A DNA stretch of 64,000 bases from Balanoglossus misakiensis (Eukaryota > Animalia > Hemichordata): positions 16,042,998-16,106,997 of the forward strand of contig CM082578.2 of NCBI GenBank assembly GCA_040954595.2. Direction: 5' to 3'. The notes under the pieces are model-generated. The model saw only the letters and a program-made list of their open reading frames with translations, was not told the origin of the DNA and searched no databases. The position numbers were made by a program, and so were the translations under genes. How positions within the stretch are numbered: position 1 is the stretch's first letter; every line of letters starts with the position of its first letter. Of this stretch, positions 53,101-64,000 are shown one piece after another.

Positions 53101-56100
53101 CCGTCGATATCATTAAAAACTGCGAGTTCAGAAAAACTCCAGAAGACACGGTCATCATTCGACAGGGTGAACGTGGTGACAGGTAAGTTTCTATGACAAC
53201 GCACTTATAACGGAAGCTAACTCGATATGATAGCGTGCAGTCTAGTCAACCATATAAGACTTTGCCTTAGTTTTCCATGATGTGCACGTGCCTGCCATAA
53301 AATTTGATGACATCATTGTTAGCGTAACAGAAATGCACTTTATATTTATGACCAAGTCATTTTGCATAAAAGTGGACATAAAATTCGACTCTATATGGCA
53401 GTAGGTTCAATCCGAAATTTGATTAGTCTGTCGGGTGATTTTATTGCTGCCAACCACGAGATATGTCCATTTAATCAAATGTAGACATACCAGTCCATGA
53501 TACATGGCTGCATATGCATAGGTGCTCACGCAAAAGGCATATTACACGAGGGACTCAATGGCATCTACTTTTAGATTGGCAGTTCTTTCTTTTTCATAAC
53601 CTATTTCACACGTTTGTGTTTTCTTATCACGCGATGGCTTGTTTCCATCATGATACCTATCACGTCACAATCTGTCCATAAATCAACTCGACGGATTGAT
53701 TGATTGATTGATTGATTGGTTGAATGACTGATCGATTGAATGAGTGACTGTGTTAGTGAGTGAGTGAGTGAGTATTTGATTGATTAACTAATCTGTTGAT
53801 CTTTTTTGTTTCAGTTTTTTCATCAATCTCAGTGGTTCCGTCTCAGTATACATCAATGCCCAGCTCGAGGATTTGGAGGTTACGAGGAAGAAGACCGCCA
53901 AGAACAGGAAGAAAAGCGAGGAGAAGAGCAGGCGAATATCTGAAGAAATGAAAGCAAGAAAGAAAAGTGAGGTGTCCGAGAAACAGAGGAGGATATCACA
54001 GGAGAGAAACAGAAGAATTTCCAGGGAGTCCGGAGGGGCTTCCAGCAGAAAGACATCAGCCGAGGTCAAGCACCACGAAAAGGTCAAGGAGGGCGTGGAA
54101 TCGAAGACATCGGTGGAGCCAGAGAAACCGGAGCGATCGAAAACCCCGGTGAAAAAAACTGTTGAATCTTCTTCGTCATCTTCTTCTTCCGATGAAGATG
54201 AGGAGGATGAGGAGGAAGTCGAAGCACCAGTTGATCTGAAGTCCAACCTCCCAAAGGAAAAGAAGAGGGACGACAAGAAGCTAGATAGGACTCCATACGG
54301 CCAACACATTGTGCAACTAGGTAAATATTATGGGATACATCAAAGAGACGTTTCCGCCATACCTCTAAACAACAGCAGTGTCACTTCGCTAGATCAGATG
54401 TTTAATTTCGACACTGGCGCACAGTTATAATAATTAGTACAACCTGGCAATGTAACTCTATTCACCCGATGATGATCTTTTGTCTACTGTCTGTATACAC
54501 CTGACATTGCTTCATAATCGTGTTGTTTGTCATGTTAAACACATCCTAAAATTGCCTAGTTCAAAGCACTTTGTTAGTCAATTTCAATGCACTTAGAGAG
54601 AACCGTGACGTTAGTCACTGAAGTTGACCTATACCTAGAGATCAAACGCATACCGTGTTAAGTCGTAAATCAGGCTCCAACTGCGTGTAGTTGTCAATGA
54701 GTATAGGTGTGCTCTCCAAGTTTACGCGCTAGTCAAGAGTGGGCCGACGGACAGAATCATTTATAACCGTTAAATGATGACGCAATTGGCCGCTTGAATC
54801 AAATAAAAACCAGTGGGAGTAGCTGAATTGAGACCTCAAATTCTACATGGCTACCATGGTAACAGTCGCCACTAGAGTGTTGATTTCCAAGACAGCGAAA
54901 CTGCGATGTCATAGCACAATTGCGTCACTTCCGAGGTATAATGAACATGTCTGTTGGACATTTTTACATGCAGTTTTAATGTTAAACTGTAAAGCATAGT
55001 TTGATATTCTTTCAAATACATGAATGTTTATAACCCGGGGAGAAAATATGCAGGTGATAGCAGTCTGGGATTCATTTGTGTCAAAGTTTGCCATCTCTAT
55101 ACATCACAGTATAGCTCTCTTTGCCGTTTTTAGTCAGGCATACTCTGGTTTCATACCCTACCCGGTTGAACATGGTATTCTTTATTTTTTCTAGGTAGCG
55201 GTAAAAGCTTCGGTGAAATCGCCTTAATCCAGAAGAACTGTATCCGTACGGCTTCCATCATTGCCGATACAGACTGTGATTTGATTGTCATCAATCGAGA
55301 TCTCTACACTCGCTGTCTGAAAGCGGCGCAGGAGGCAGAGTTCAGGGCGAAACATGCTTTCATCAACAATTTCCCGCTTTTCAAGTTAGTTGCTCATTTG
55401 ACTTCTTCCTTAGAGTGAATTGTCAGAGTTATTGCACTTGTATTGGCAATATATTCCCCAGTATTTAGAAACTCGTTTATCGATTGACCGACCTTGTTTC
55501 TCGTGTAGACATTTCGGTATTATATTAGGCCCATCGTGGACATGCATTTATAGATCCGAATTTACGCACTGTACAATTATTGCGGTATAAGAGTGTCGTT
55601 ATGCATTTGGCTCTATTATCAATCCAGAATAGAATACACAGCAGTCCATTAGCCTTAATTGAACTTGTGATATTTCAACAGAAAATATGGATGCGTGATG
55701 AATGTCAGTTCTTTCAGTTGTAGTCTTGGAAACGGCGCTAAAAACACAAAACGCTCGACAGCCTAATTAATGCAGACCGTCACTCACTGTGACTAAGTGC
55801 GCATTCAATGGAAACACGGACTCACAAGCCGACAGTTTACCCTTTTTGTCCAGTTTTGGTTGTCGCCCATCTTTTAGTCGTGTTTCCGCTCGATGTAAGG
55901 TCAAAGGGGTATATATTTTAACGGCTTGTCAATATTTCATTGAACGGCTAGCTTAACCTTTTCAGCGCCAAAGTCAACCTGTCATTTTCCACAAAATTAA
56001 CACTTTAGTTATTCGCATTTTTGTAAAATGTTGATCAAGAACTGTCGACAATGGAAAAGTATGTCCACTTGGTCCAAAATTAAGGAAAATATTGGAGAAG

Positions 56101-59100
56101 AATATGCAAAAAGAGAAAAAGTGCCGCACTTGTATTTTGACAAGAAAAAATTATGGCGTTCAAAGAGTTCAGTTCGATAGATCGGCTGTCTGGCGTTAAA
56201 TTAAAACCAATTTATGGAATTACACCTCTTTTGTTTGGTGACATAGTTGTCCAGGCATGAGCTATTGCTGTTAATTATGAAATTGAGCGTTTCCATGCCC
56301 TTTTTGTGGAAGTTGCTATCGTAGAAAGGACGTTGCCACGACAACCCCTTTTGGAATTAGAATAACAAATGCCGCTCCATTAAATTAAGAAATTGATCAC
56401 GCTTCATGAGTTAACCATTCTTACTGGATTCCTGGATTTTTTTTACCTCCAGGAAATGGAATCCGAAGTTCCGCAACTTGATTGCAATGAGCTTGCGAAA
56501 GATTCAGGTTAAATACAATCACCCAATCGTCAGGCAGGGAGAAAAACTTCGCGCCATAGTCTTCATCGAAAAGGGACAAGCTAAAGTTTCCATAGAGCCC
56601 GCCCACAGCAAACAGCAGTATCCTGATTTCTTCCCTCAAAAGGATCCGATCTTCGCTGAATTAAGGTAGGGATAAGGAACAGCAAAGCTTGTCATGTGTC
56701 TGTAAACAAACAAGACCAGTTTTTTGTTTTTAAGTCGTACATGATTAAATTTTACGGGGGTGACTGACGTGGATTGTTCCATATGGCTGGATGATTGATT
56801 TTTCTGTCGGCAGCAACAGAACAGAGAAACCGGGTTAAAAAGAGAATTCATTGCATTGTGGCAACGGTGTAATTAAAAAGACCTACATTGGTTTGAACTA
56901 AACATAAGGCCACATTCATGAAAAATATTAAACCTATTAATAGAAATGTATAAAATTATGAAGTATAAGCTGCACTCGGTGATTTGTTTCGGTTTATGTT
57001 GCTTTGAATGAGTTTTCCAGAAAGACTGTTTGCCATGTTGGTAGTTTACATCCGATGCGATCAGTTTAGTAACAATACATGGTGCACATATTAACACAAC
57101 GCATTACAGAGACCTAAGTAAAGAGAGCTAATTATGGTATTTTATAGTTTTGTGTATTTGATTTTCTTCCATTAACCTTTACTATTCCAAGATTATGCGA
57201 CTTACACATGGAATGTTTAAGTTATTCTTGGAACCAGTATCAGTAACCTATCTTTCCTGTTATTTTAATGCCGTCGTCACCAGGAAGGACAAAACAGACC
57301 TGACCTTGAAGAACAGCAAAGTTCACGACGTTCGAAAGAGTGGCCCGGATATAGCTCGCAGGAGAGAGGGCTACGTGGCTGCCGAAAGACAACGCAACAA
57401 GAAATGCGTGGATATCTGTGTGGTTGGTGTCAATGAAATGATCGGTACGAAACATTAACTTACTATTACTAGTACGCCCTTCTGTAGACGTTCACCGGGT
57501 GACTCAGTTTCAATTTAGAACGCACCTCTGAGTTGCGTGATGACAAGGGTCACGTGACTTATACAGGTGGTTGTTCAAGTTGTGCATATACATGCTATGT
57601 TGACAAGCAGAGGATAAGATGGGTATTTTAGCATGCTGTGGTGAGTAGAACAAGAAATCACAATGGAAACACATAACAAAACACTGAAGAAAAAACAGCC
57701 TAAAGTTACAGTTGATGCCCCTTTAAGTAATAACATGCACTGTCTCACGTGTTTGCTTTAGGTGATGTGGAGGCCGTACTGAAGCTGGGCACATACATGC
57801 AAACTGTGACCAGCATGGAAACCACAGATGTATTCGAACTGAATCTGAATAACTTTGAGCGTCTCATCATCAAGAAGAATCCGAAGACGTTAGACAGTAT
57901 GAAGCTGAATATTGAAACGAAACTGAGATCTAGATTGGGAAGGCTGAAGGCGCTAAATGAGAGTCCGGTAAGTGTTAACATAAAATCAGCACTCTGAAGA
58001 AGTCCGCTGCATCTAACCAACAGGACAACAGTTGTATGAACTAACAACATTGGTATCACTGGTTGCTTCGTAAGTAACCAGGTCAGAGCGAGTTCACGCG
58101 CTATACATGAGCTATGTAGAATAGAAGAATGCGCGCACAAAACAGGTTATGACGGTATTCATTGCCCCTGAGGCTACCAAAGAAAATGTCGGCGGGGATC
58201 TGGGGGACATAGTACGTCCACCGTACTTCATTTTTAAGTCAAGGTGACCTTCTGTAGTCAAATTTAACAAAATTCATGTATGTACAAATTGGCCTTATGA
58301 ACAAACTATAGGGGCTTTGGTCTATTGGCTTTGATGAAATAAGTCTGTATATGCATAGTCTTTCTATTATGTACATGTAATAGAGGGACTGTGGTATATG
58401 TTTGTAGCCATGACCAATTTTAAGGTGGCAAAGCGTCTATGGTATCGGAACTTCCAGAATAAAACCACGCCACAAAAAAATAAATGGACACAATAAATTT
58501 CAAGTGGTGGCCGTTGATAAGTGCAATGGGATTATTGGATGTCTGGCCACGCCGGTCAACGAAGTCTTCAATTAAAACCATGCAACGATGACAAGAAGTC
58601 CTTTAACTGTAGTGAGGCGTCCTGAAAGGGGAGGTTGCTTAGGTCAGTGTAGACATCAAGCAGTGTTCATGTAGGAAGAACTTATCTATCGCATAACTCT
58701 TGATGATGACTTATTTGTTCATATGAATAGCCTAGTAGACATGTATTGTTTCCGATATTTAGTCCGTGTACACCACGTCTTTTTAGTCACGTAGTACTAA
58801 TCGGCTCAGGAGTGAGTAATTAGTAGACACCGTCCTGTCATGACAGGTCATATGTGTGATGGTCTTTACAAGAACGTGAACTGAAGAAAGGTTTTGTCAG
58901 AAATCAAAACAACAGCTGTCGGGTTTCCATGTCTCCACATGCAGTACACCACTCTTACGCAGTAAAATGCTTTCACATTCTGGTTGACTGTTTTCTTCCG
59001 TGCAGTTCCCCAGCAAAGCGCGTTCTTGTCCGCTTTAATCGTTCACACTTTATCAAGAGACCATTGAACGAATCTAAAATGGATGCCACCAATCATGCAA

Positions 59101-60546
59101 ACCAATAAAGCAACAATGGTCACGTACGAATTAATTTGAGCGGCGCCAAATGGGATTTATCTCTAGAGCACTTCATTCGTTATTTTTTTTTCTGGCCCTG
59201 CAGTGTAAAGTCCATTATTCATCCAGATCGAATCGTAATCAGACAAGAACTGGGTCTGATTTATAGATCCGTGATACTTCAAGCACCAACGCTCAGTGCT
59301 CATTCCATCATTTGAATTGCATTGCATTGCTCTGAATGACAGGGTCATGACGGGTCAAACCACAGACCATAATGGTCTCCACAGTACTGGTTATCGTCGA
59401 CTGCTGTGCCAACAACTTCAATAGTACTGGTTTCTTGCCATTTTCTGACCAGTGGGGGCGCCGTTCACTAAACAGTATCACCTGTGTCCCCATCCTTGCA
59501 ACCGTCGTTGCATTCCCCCAAAATGCACAAGGCTGCCGTGTACAGATAATTTTATTTAAAACAATTAAATTTATTTATTAAATTATTTCGTCCTTTTCGG
59601 AGAAACCGCATGCTGGCTTAAATTTTCACGTCCGCTTTTGTCTGTTTTCCAGGTGCCACTACTTGAAACTCTCGTCGAGAAATTTGAAGAAATGAATACC
59701 CCGCCGAGTAGAAAGCAAATCAAGAGGAAAAATGAAGGAGAAAATGTGCCTTTACTTATGGACACTGCGTATCTCAGTTCTCTCACGGAACGTAGAAAGC
59801 AAAGAGATTTCCTCAGGCGTCGACAGAGAGAGCGACGAATCAAAGCGCAACAGCTTATAAAGGCTTTGACAGCGCACGCTGCATCCAATATGAATACCAG
59901 TTTGCACACTTTGGATCATAAAGTTTTGGAAGAAGCGCTGCAGACGGGCGCACTTGACGCCACAGCGACTCTGCGGACTGGAACAATTACTTTAAATCCA
60001 ATGGCAGCCAAGGAGGCCAACTTTAACCCGAACGTGTTGACCAACAACCAGACGTCTTCTTCTTCGATCTTGCCACAACAGACAATTGTCCGCGCCCCGA
60101 AGACTCCGGCCGAGTACACTCCCAAGCCGTGGCTGAGACGCAGCAACAGCCCGCTGCGCAGCCAGACCGCTCTGTCGTACGCCAGCACGCACGCCACCAC
60201 CACGGCCACCGACTCCGCTTACGGAGAGAGCCGCTCTGACGAGGAGGAAGACGTCGACAACGTCATCGAGGTGAACGAGACGGAGATCAGCACCTTGGAG
60301 GGCAGGATACGTCAGTGGTGCATCAGTGCCAACGGAACCGCCACTACGACGACACGAGCAGCCGCCAGGGGATATTTCCCAAAACTACGACGGTTATCCG
60401 AACTCGAAAGAGACCACCTGTTGAGGTCCAAGCTACCTCTTAGATACAGAGCCAGATCACAGGGGCAAATAATGGCCAAAAAAGACATTCTTAGACGTCA
60501 CACAGTACCAATGACGGCAGGGTATGATGACAATTACGTCGAGTGA
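43985..60546 (+). CDS. Tandem cyclic-nucleotide-binding-domain protein (CNBD1/CNBD2-like), ~796 aa; could extend further 5'
   Basis: Exons 43985-44117, 53095-53182, 53815-54320, 55195-55384, 56453-56665, 57284-57444, 57762-57967, 59653-60546 (2391 nt, phases consistent). Sequence: [26 protein letters not shown]...DIIKNCEF...VIIRQGERGDSFFINLSGSVSVY...[insert]...GKSFGEIALIQKNCIRTASIIA. Second CNB: IVRQGEK...FIEKGQAKV...EMIGDVEAVL. AATAAA at 60629. Confidence 0.85.
51776..51788. promoter_or_regulatory. RFX X-box-like motif
   Basis: GTTGCCTAGCAAC, near-palindromic. Further X-box-like sites at 41859, 52115, 53187 and 54850. Confidence 0.45.
51827..51874. repeat. ~25-bp tandem duplication
   Basis: TTATTCAAAGAAATGAAATAACCT followed by TTATTCAAAGAAATGAATAACCT. 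Confidence 0.85.
53693..53786. repeat. Compound (GATT)n/(GAGT)n microsatellite
   Basis: Directly visible just upstream of CNBD exon 3. Similar tracts occur at 16201-16260 and 24911-25005. Confidence 0.85.
55953..56171. mobile_element. Degenerate piggyBac-type MITE in a CNBD intron
   Basis: Left end TTAACCTTTTCAGCGCCA resembles the reverse complement of the right end, TGAACTCTTTGAACGCCA. Confidence 0.45.
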
Positions 60547-62267
60547 CGTCTCGGCGATGACGTGAACGATGACATGTTCACTATAGGTTACTTTTAATAA
60601 TTATATTAGTGTTTGATTCAAAAAGCAGAATAAATTTTACTGGTGAGTGGGTCTGCTGGCCACCCTTTCTTGCCGGCCGTTGAATTGGCCGCCTATTGGC
60701 CTTATGCTAACCGCGCCAGGTACGTCATCAGACATAGACGCTGCGTGTCACAGATAGACAGTTTTCGATCATCCTATACTCTCAATAGATTATGGTTGTA
60801 CAGTGAACTAAAGAGACAATCCTGACTGAAATTTTGAACTATTTCTCCAAAGAAACCATGGGGTTTGGTTCTTTGATTAGGCTACAAGAGCATTTCGTAA
60901 TATGCTTACCAAGTCTAGATTAGTGTTCTACAACTCGGTGGAAATATACCACTGGTCCGATTTCACTTTACCAAAAAGCGTCTAGTCTGTGTAGACTTTT
61001 GCAATTATACGTGGCTTACATGCAGGCCTACAGCTGCGATATTATTATCGAAGTGCTATTTGGTGTTTGCACGAAAAAGTCGAGAAGAAAACAACGGAAA
61101 ATAGAGCCGCTGGAAATACCAAGACGGAAATTCTGCAGTGTTAAGCTTTGACATTCCACGTTAGACTTGACAGGGGTAAAACGGGCAAAGTGATTTTCTC
61201 CAATTTCAATTTTTCATTTTATTTACATTCCACAGTACTACATCTCGTTGTCCTCGAAATGCGAGACCAGTTGATCGTTATTTAACAACATTATCCTTCT
61301 CTTATTAGACCAAATGACATTAACTTGTTTGTTTGATAAATCGTGTGAATTTCATTAACAACGTGTCGTATATGCTCACCACATACTTTACTCTTCGTCT
61401 GTGTTTCACCCAAAGCAATGTTTCAGCAAAAAAACGAGATCTCTACTGTCAAGTTTAGTTATAATAATAACTTGCCAAAATATGATAATTTAATAATATT
61501 TTTTTTTAGTTTTGACATGAAGTAGGCTCATATACATGTATATTGCTAGGGTGTATTAGTACTCCCAGAATGATAGTTACATGTCATTGGTGTAAATTTG
61601 CTGACAAAAACTACCATGGAGAGAACTCAGCGGAGATACCAGAACCAATTGTTTATTTGGATTAATAAGCAATAAAGTGTATTACTACTATATATGCCTT
61701 ATATGTTTCTGTAAAAAAAGTTGGATTGAATGCTATAAAATGGCGAAAATATGTGTACATATGTGAACATAAAATAAAATGCAAATAAATTATGCTACGA
61801 ATGTTGCACTGTGCCTTTTGTTCACTTCCCCAAAGCTTTCATAGGTTTTGAGATCTGTGTCTCTAGATTCTAATTGAAGATTATGTGTGGTGGTACTAGT
61901 CAAAGAGAATTGCATGCATAGAAAAAATTATAGGTGACAATCTAGTATAACGAAATTGACATTACAGACATATTTTCTCTCGAAGACAATCCAAAATATA
62001 AATTGGAAAATTCATTACATGCATAAAAAGGCAGACATACATATCAAAATATTTTGTGATATATAGAAAAATTGTACAAGTTAAATTTGGTCCAAACACT
62101 TCGCTCTCATCTAGTCAAAATTTACACAATGGTTGCGAGGTGGCAGGCAGACCTTAGCTGCGCTCGAGTGGTCTCGAGTAGTTAGCAACCGAATAGTTAT
62201 CCTCGCGCAATGGCGTGTGGGATATATGTACTCTTCTGTATACGCCGAGCCCAGTGCAGTATGGATC

Positions 62268-64000
62268 ATGGCGGCCCATGTGAGGAACATGTACTCTTTA
62301 CCTTGGCTGGTTCTCGTCGTCGTGACAGCTAAAGTCGTAACTGGACAAGAGTGCCAATTGAACTGCACGGCACCAGTGAGTATTTTAGTCATTTTGATTT
62401 CCTTTTGCCTTTCTTTGACGGGGGAAATTACCGCAACCTATTTTTTATACATTTACTTCCGTGTACAATATATGTAGGCCTATATCATGAAGTTGAATGT
62501 ATCCCAGTACACTGCTGTCGGTGGACCCGGAACTTTAGTTTTTATTCCCGTGGTGGTGATATGGATATGGAGGGCATAACATTTAAATTACTGTTTCATT
62601 AGTCATCCCTTTTGTAATTAACTAAACAACTAACATGAAGGCACTTTCGGGAACAAGTGTGATTTGGTTATCCGGATCTCGGAGGAAAAAGCGGTCGCGC
62701 ACCTACCCGGATACACCTGTTGTGGTTTTAAGCCTTCATGTCCTCTATCATAAAGACTGTATACGGTTAGGTATTTACATCGTGTCTGACCGCTTCATTT
62801 TTTCGACTTCGTACTGAATAAGTGAAAATCAACCCACATATTGTCTATCTATCGGAATAATCTCAATTTAACCCCTTAGACAGTAAAATTTCTTTCGAAT
62901 TGACATAAAGTAACCCCCCTACCAACTTAAAAGATATATCGATAGTCATATGCGTTTCAGAGTTTGACTTGTTTTATAGAAGACCAAGAACACCACTGGG
63001 AGCTTTTTACGCGCCAGGGGTCAGTGTGCGTCCGTCTTATGTACATGTATGACATGTATCACTATGTGTGTGTGGGTGTGTGTGTCACAGTCGCGTGTAA
63101 ACTTGGTAGTCGTGTGTACGTGTGGGTCTGCGCCTGCGCTGTGAAAATAGATACGTGACTGTGCTGCCTTGTCCATTGCAGAAACTTTGCACGCGCACGT
63201 ACCAACTTGGTAACAAATACCTTGGTATGTAGACGCATCCTGGATTGTAGATGGGATTTGTTTAGATCAAGTTGTCTCTACCGAAAATATGCAAATGGGA
63301 TAAAAATGTAAAAAAAACGGGTCTCTTTTAAAATTGTTGAAATCATAGTGAAAATATAAATTTCTTTTGGGGCAATATTTGACGTTTTTGTCAAAAACTC
63401 TAACATCAGTGTCCTTGACGCTATTTTTTCTCATTCCTATACAGCCAGATCCTGTTGGCAAAATCCACTATGATCTGACAAGAGGTGAGTTTGATCATGG
63501 AATATTGACTTTTTAAATTGTCACAATATTTTTGTGCTTTTTTTTTGCCATTTTCGAACATTCCCAATCCTGACCATGAAAACTGTAATGATTAATATGT
63601 GTGTCTTTTGACAGTTTGCGGTGCATTTCCTTTTGGAAACGACCCGTCTGCCCATCAATGGCCCTTAGACAAACCACGAAATCTGAGACTGGAAGAGAGG
63701 ACATATCCATGTCAGAACAATCTTCTTCTTGGTGTTGTGGTCAAATGGAAACCTCCTTTGGGTAAGGAATATAACATTTCACTTTTTTGTATGGAAATAT
63801 AAACTAATGAGGGGTAAACACTCATGCATATTACAGTCATAACAAGTACATTGAACACAATGTAGCCCACATTAACCTCCAAAAATAATTTTGTTTACAG
63901 TGGGTATTGATAAAGTGAAAGGATTTCAAGTGAGAGTTACACCTTTAAGTGCAGGTGAAGTAGGGGATTATCCAATTATGTGCGTTGATGTGATCTTGTC
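62268..64000 (+). CDS. Interleukin-17 receptor family (IL17RD/Sef-like) protein, 5' part; runs off the window
   Basis: Exons 62268-62375, 63445-63484, 63615-63761, 63901->64000, phases consistent (start could be ATG 62289). Signal peptide ...PWLVLVVVTAKVVTG. FN3-like segment TYPCQNNLLLGVVVKWKPPLVGIDKVKGFQVRV resembles the recalled IL17RD segment [31 protein letters not shown]. The diagnostic SEFIR domain is not in the window. Confidence 0.68.

Overview
AT-rich, intron-containing eukaryotic DNA with GT-AG introns, most consistent with an invertebrate deuterostome such as a hemichordate (inferred from gene content, not proven). Hand-splicing gives seven protein-coding genes: (1) the 3' end of an ADAMTS9/20 (GON-1) gene (+); (2) an intronless BNIP2/caytaxin-like BCH-domain gene (+); (3) a 10-exon PM20D1 (+); (4) a 2-exon somatomedin-B/Methuselah-like class-B GPCR (+); (5) a 10-exon netrin-4 orthologue (-); (6) an 8-exon tandem cyclic-nucleotide-binding-domain (CNBD) gene (+); (7) the 5' end of an IL17RD/Sef-like receptor (+). 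The most unusual structure is that the netrin-4 and CNBD genes appear interleaved head-to-head, with each gene's first coding exon inside the other's intron. An orphan + strand coding-like exon also sits in the last netrin-4 intron. Several MITE- and Helentron-like elements and microsatellites are present. I found no rRNA, tRNA or CRISPR features. Homology calls come from recalled family motifs, not database searches.
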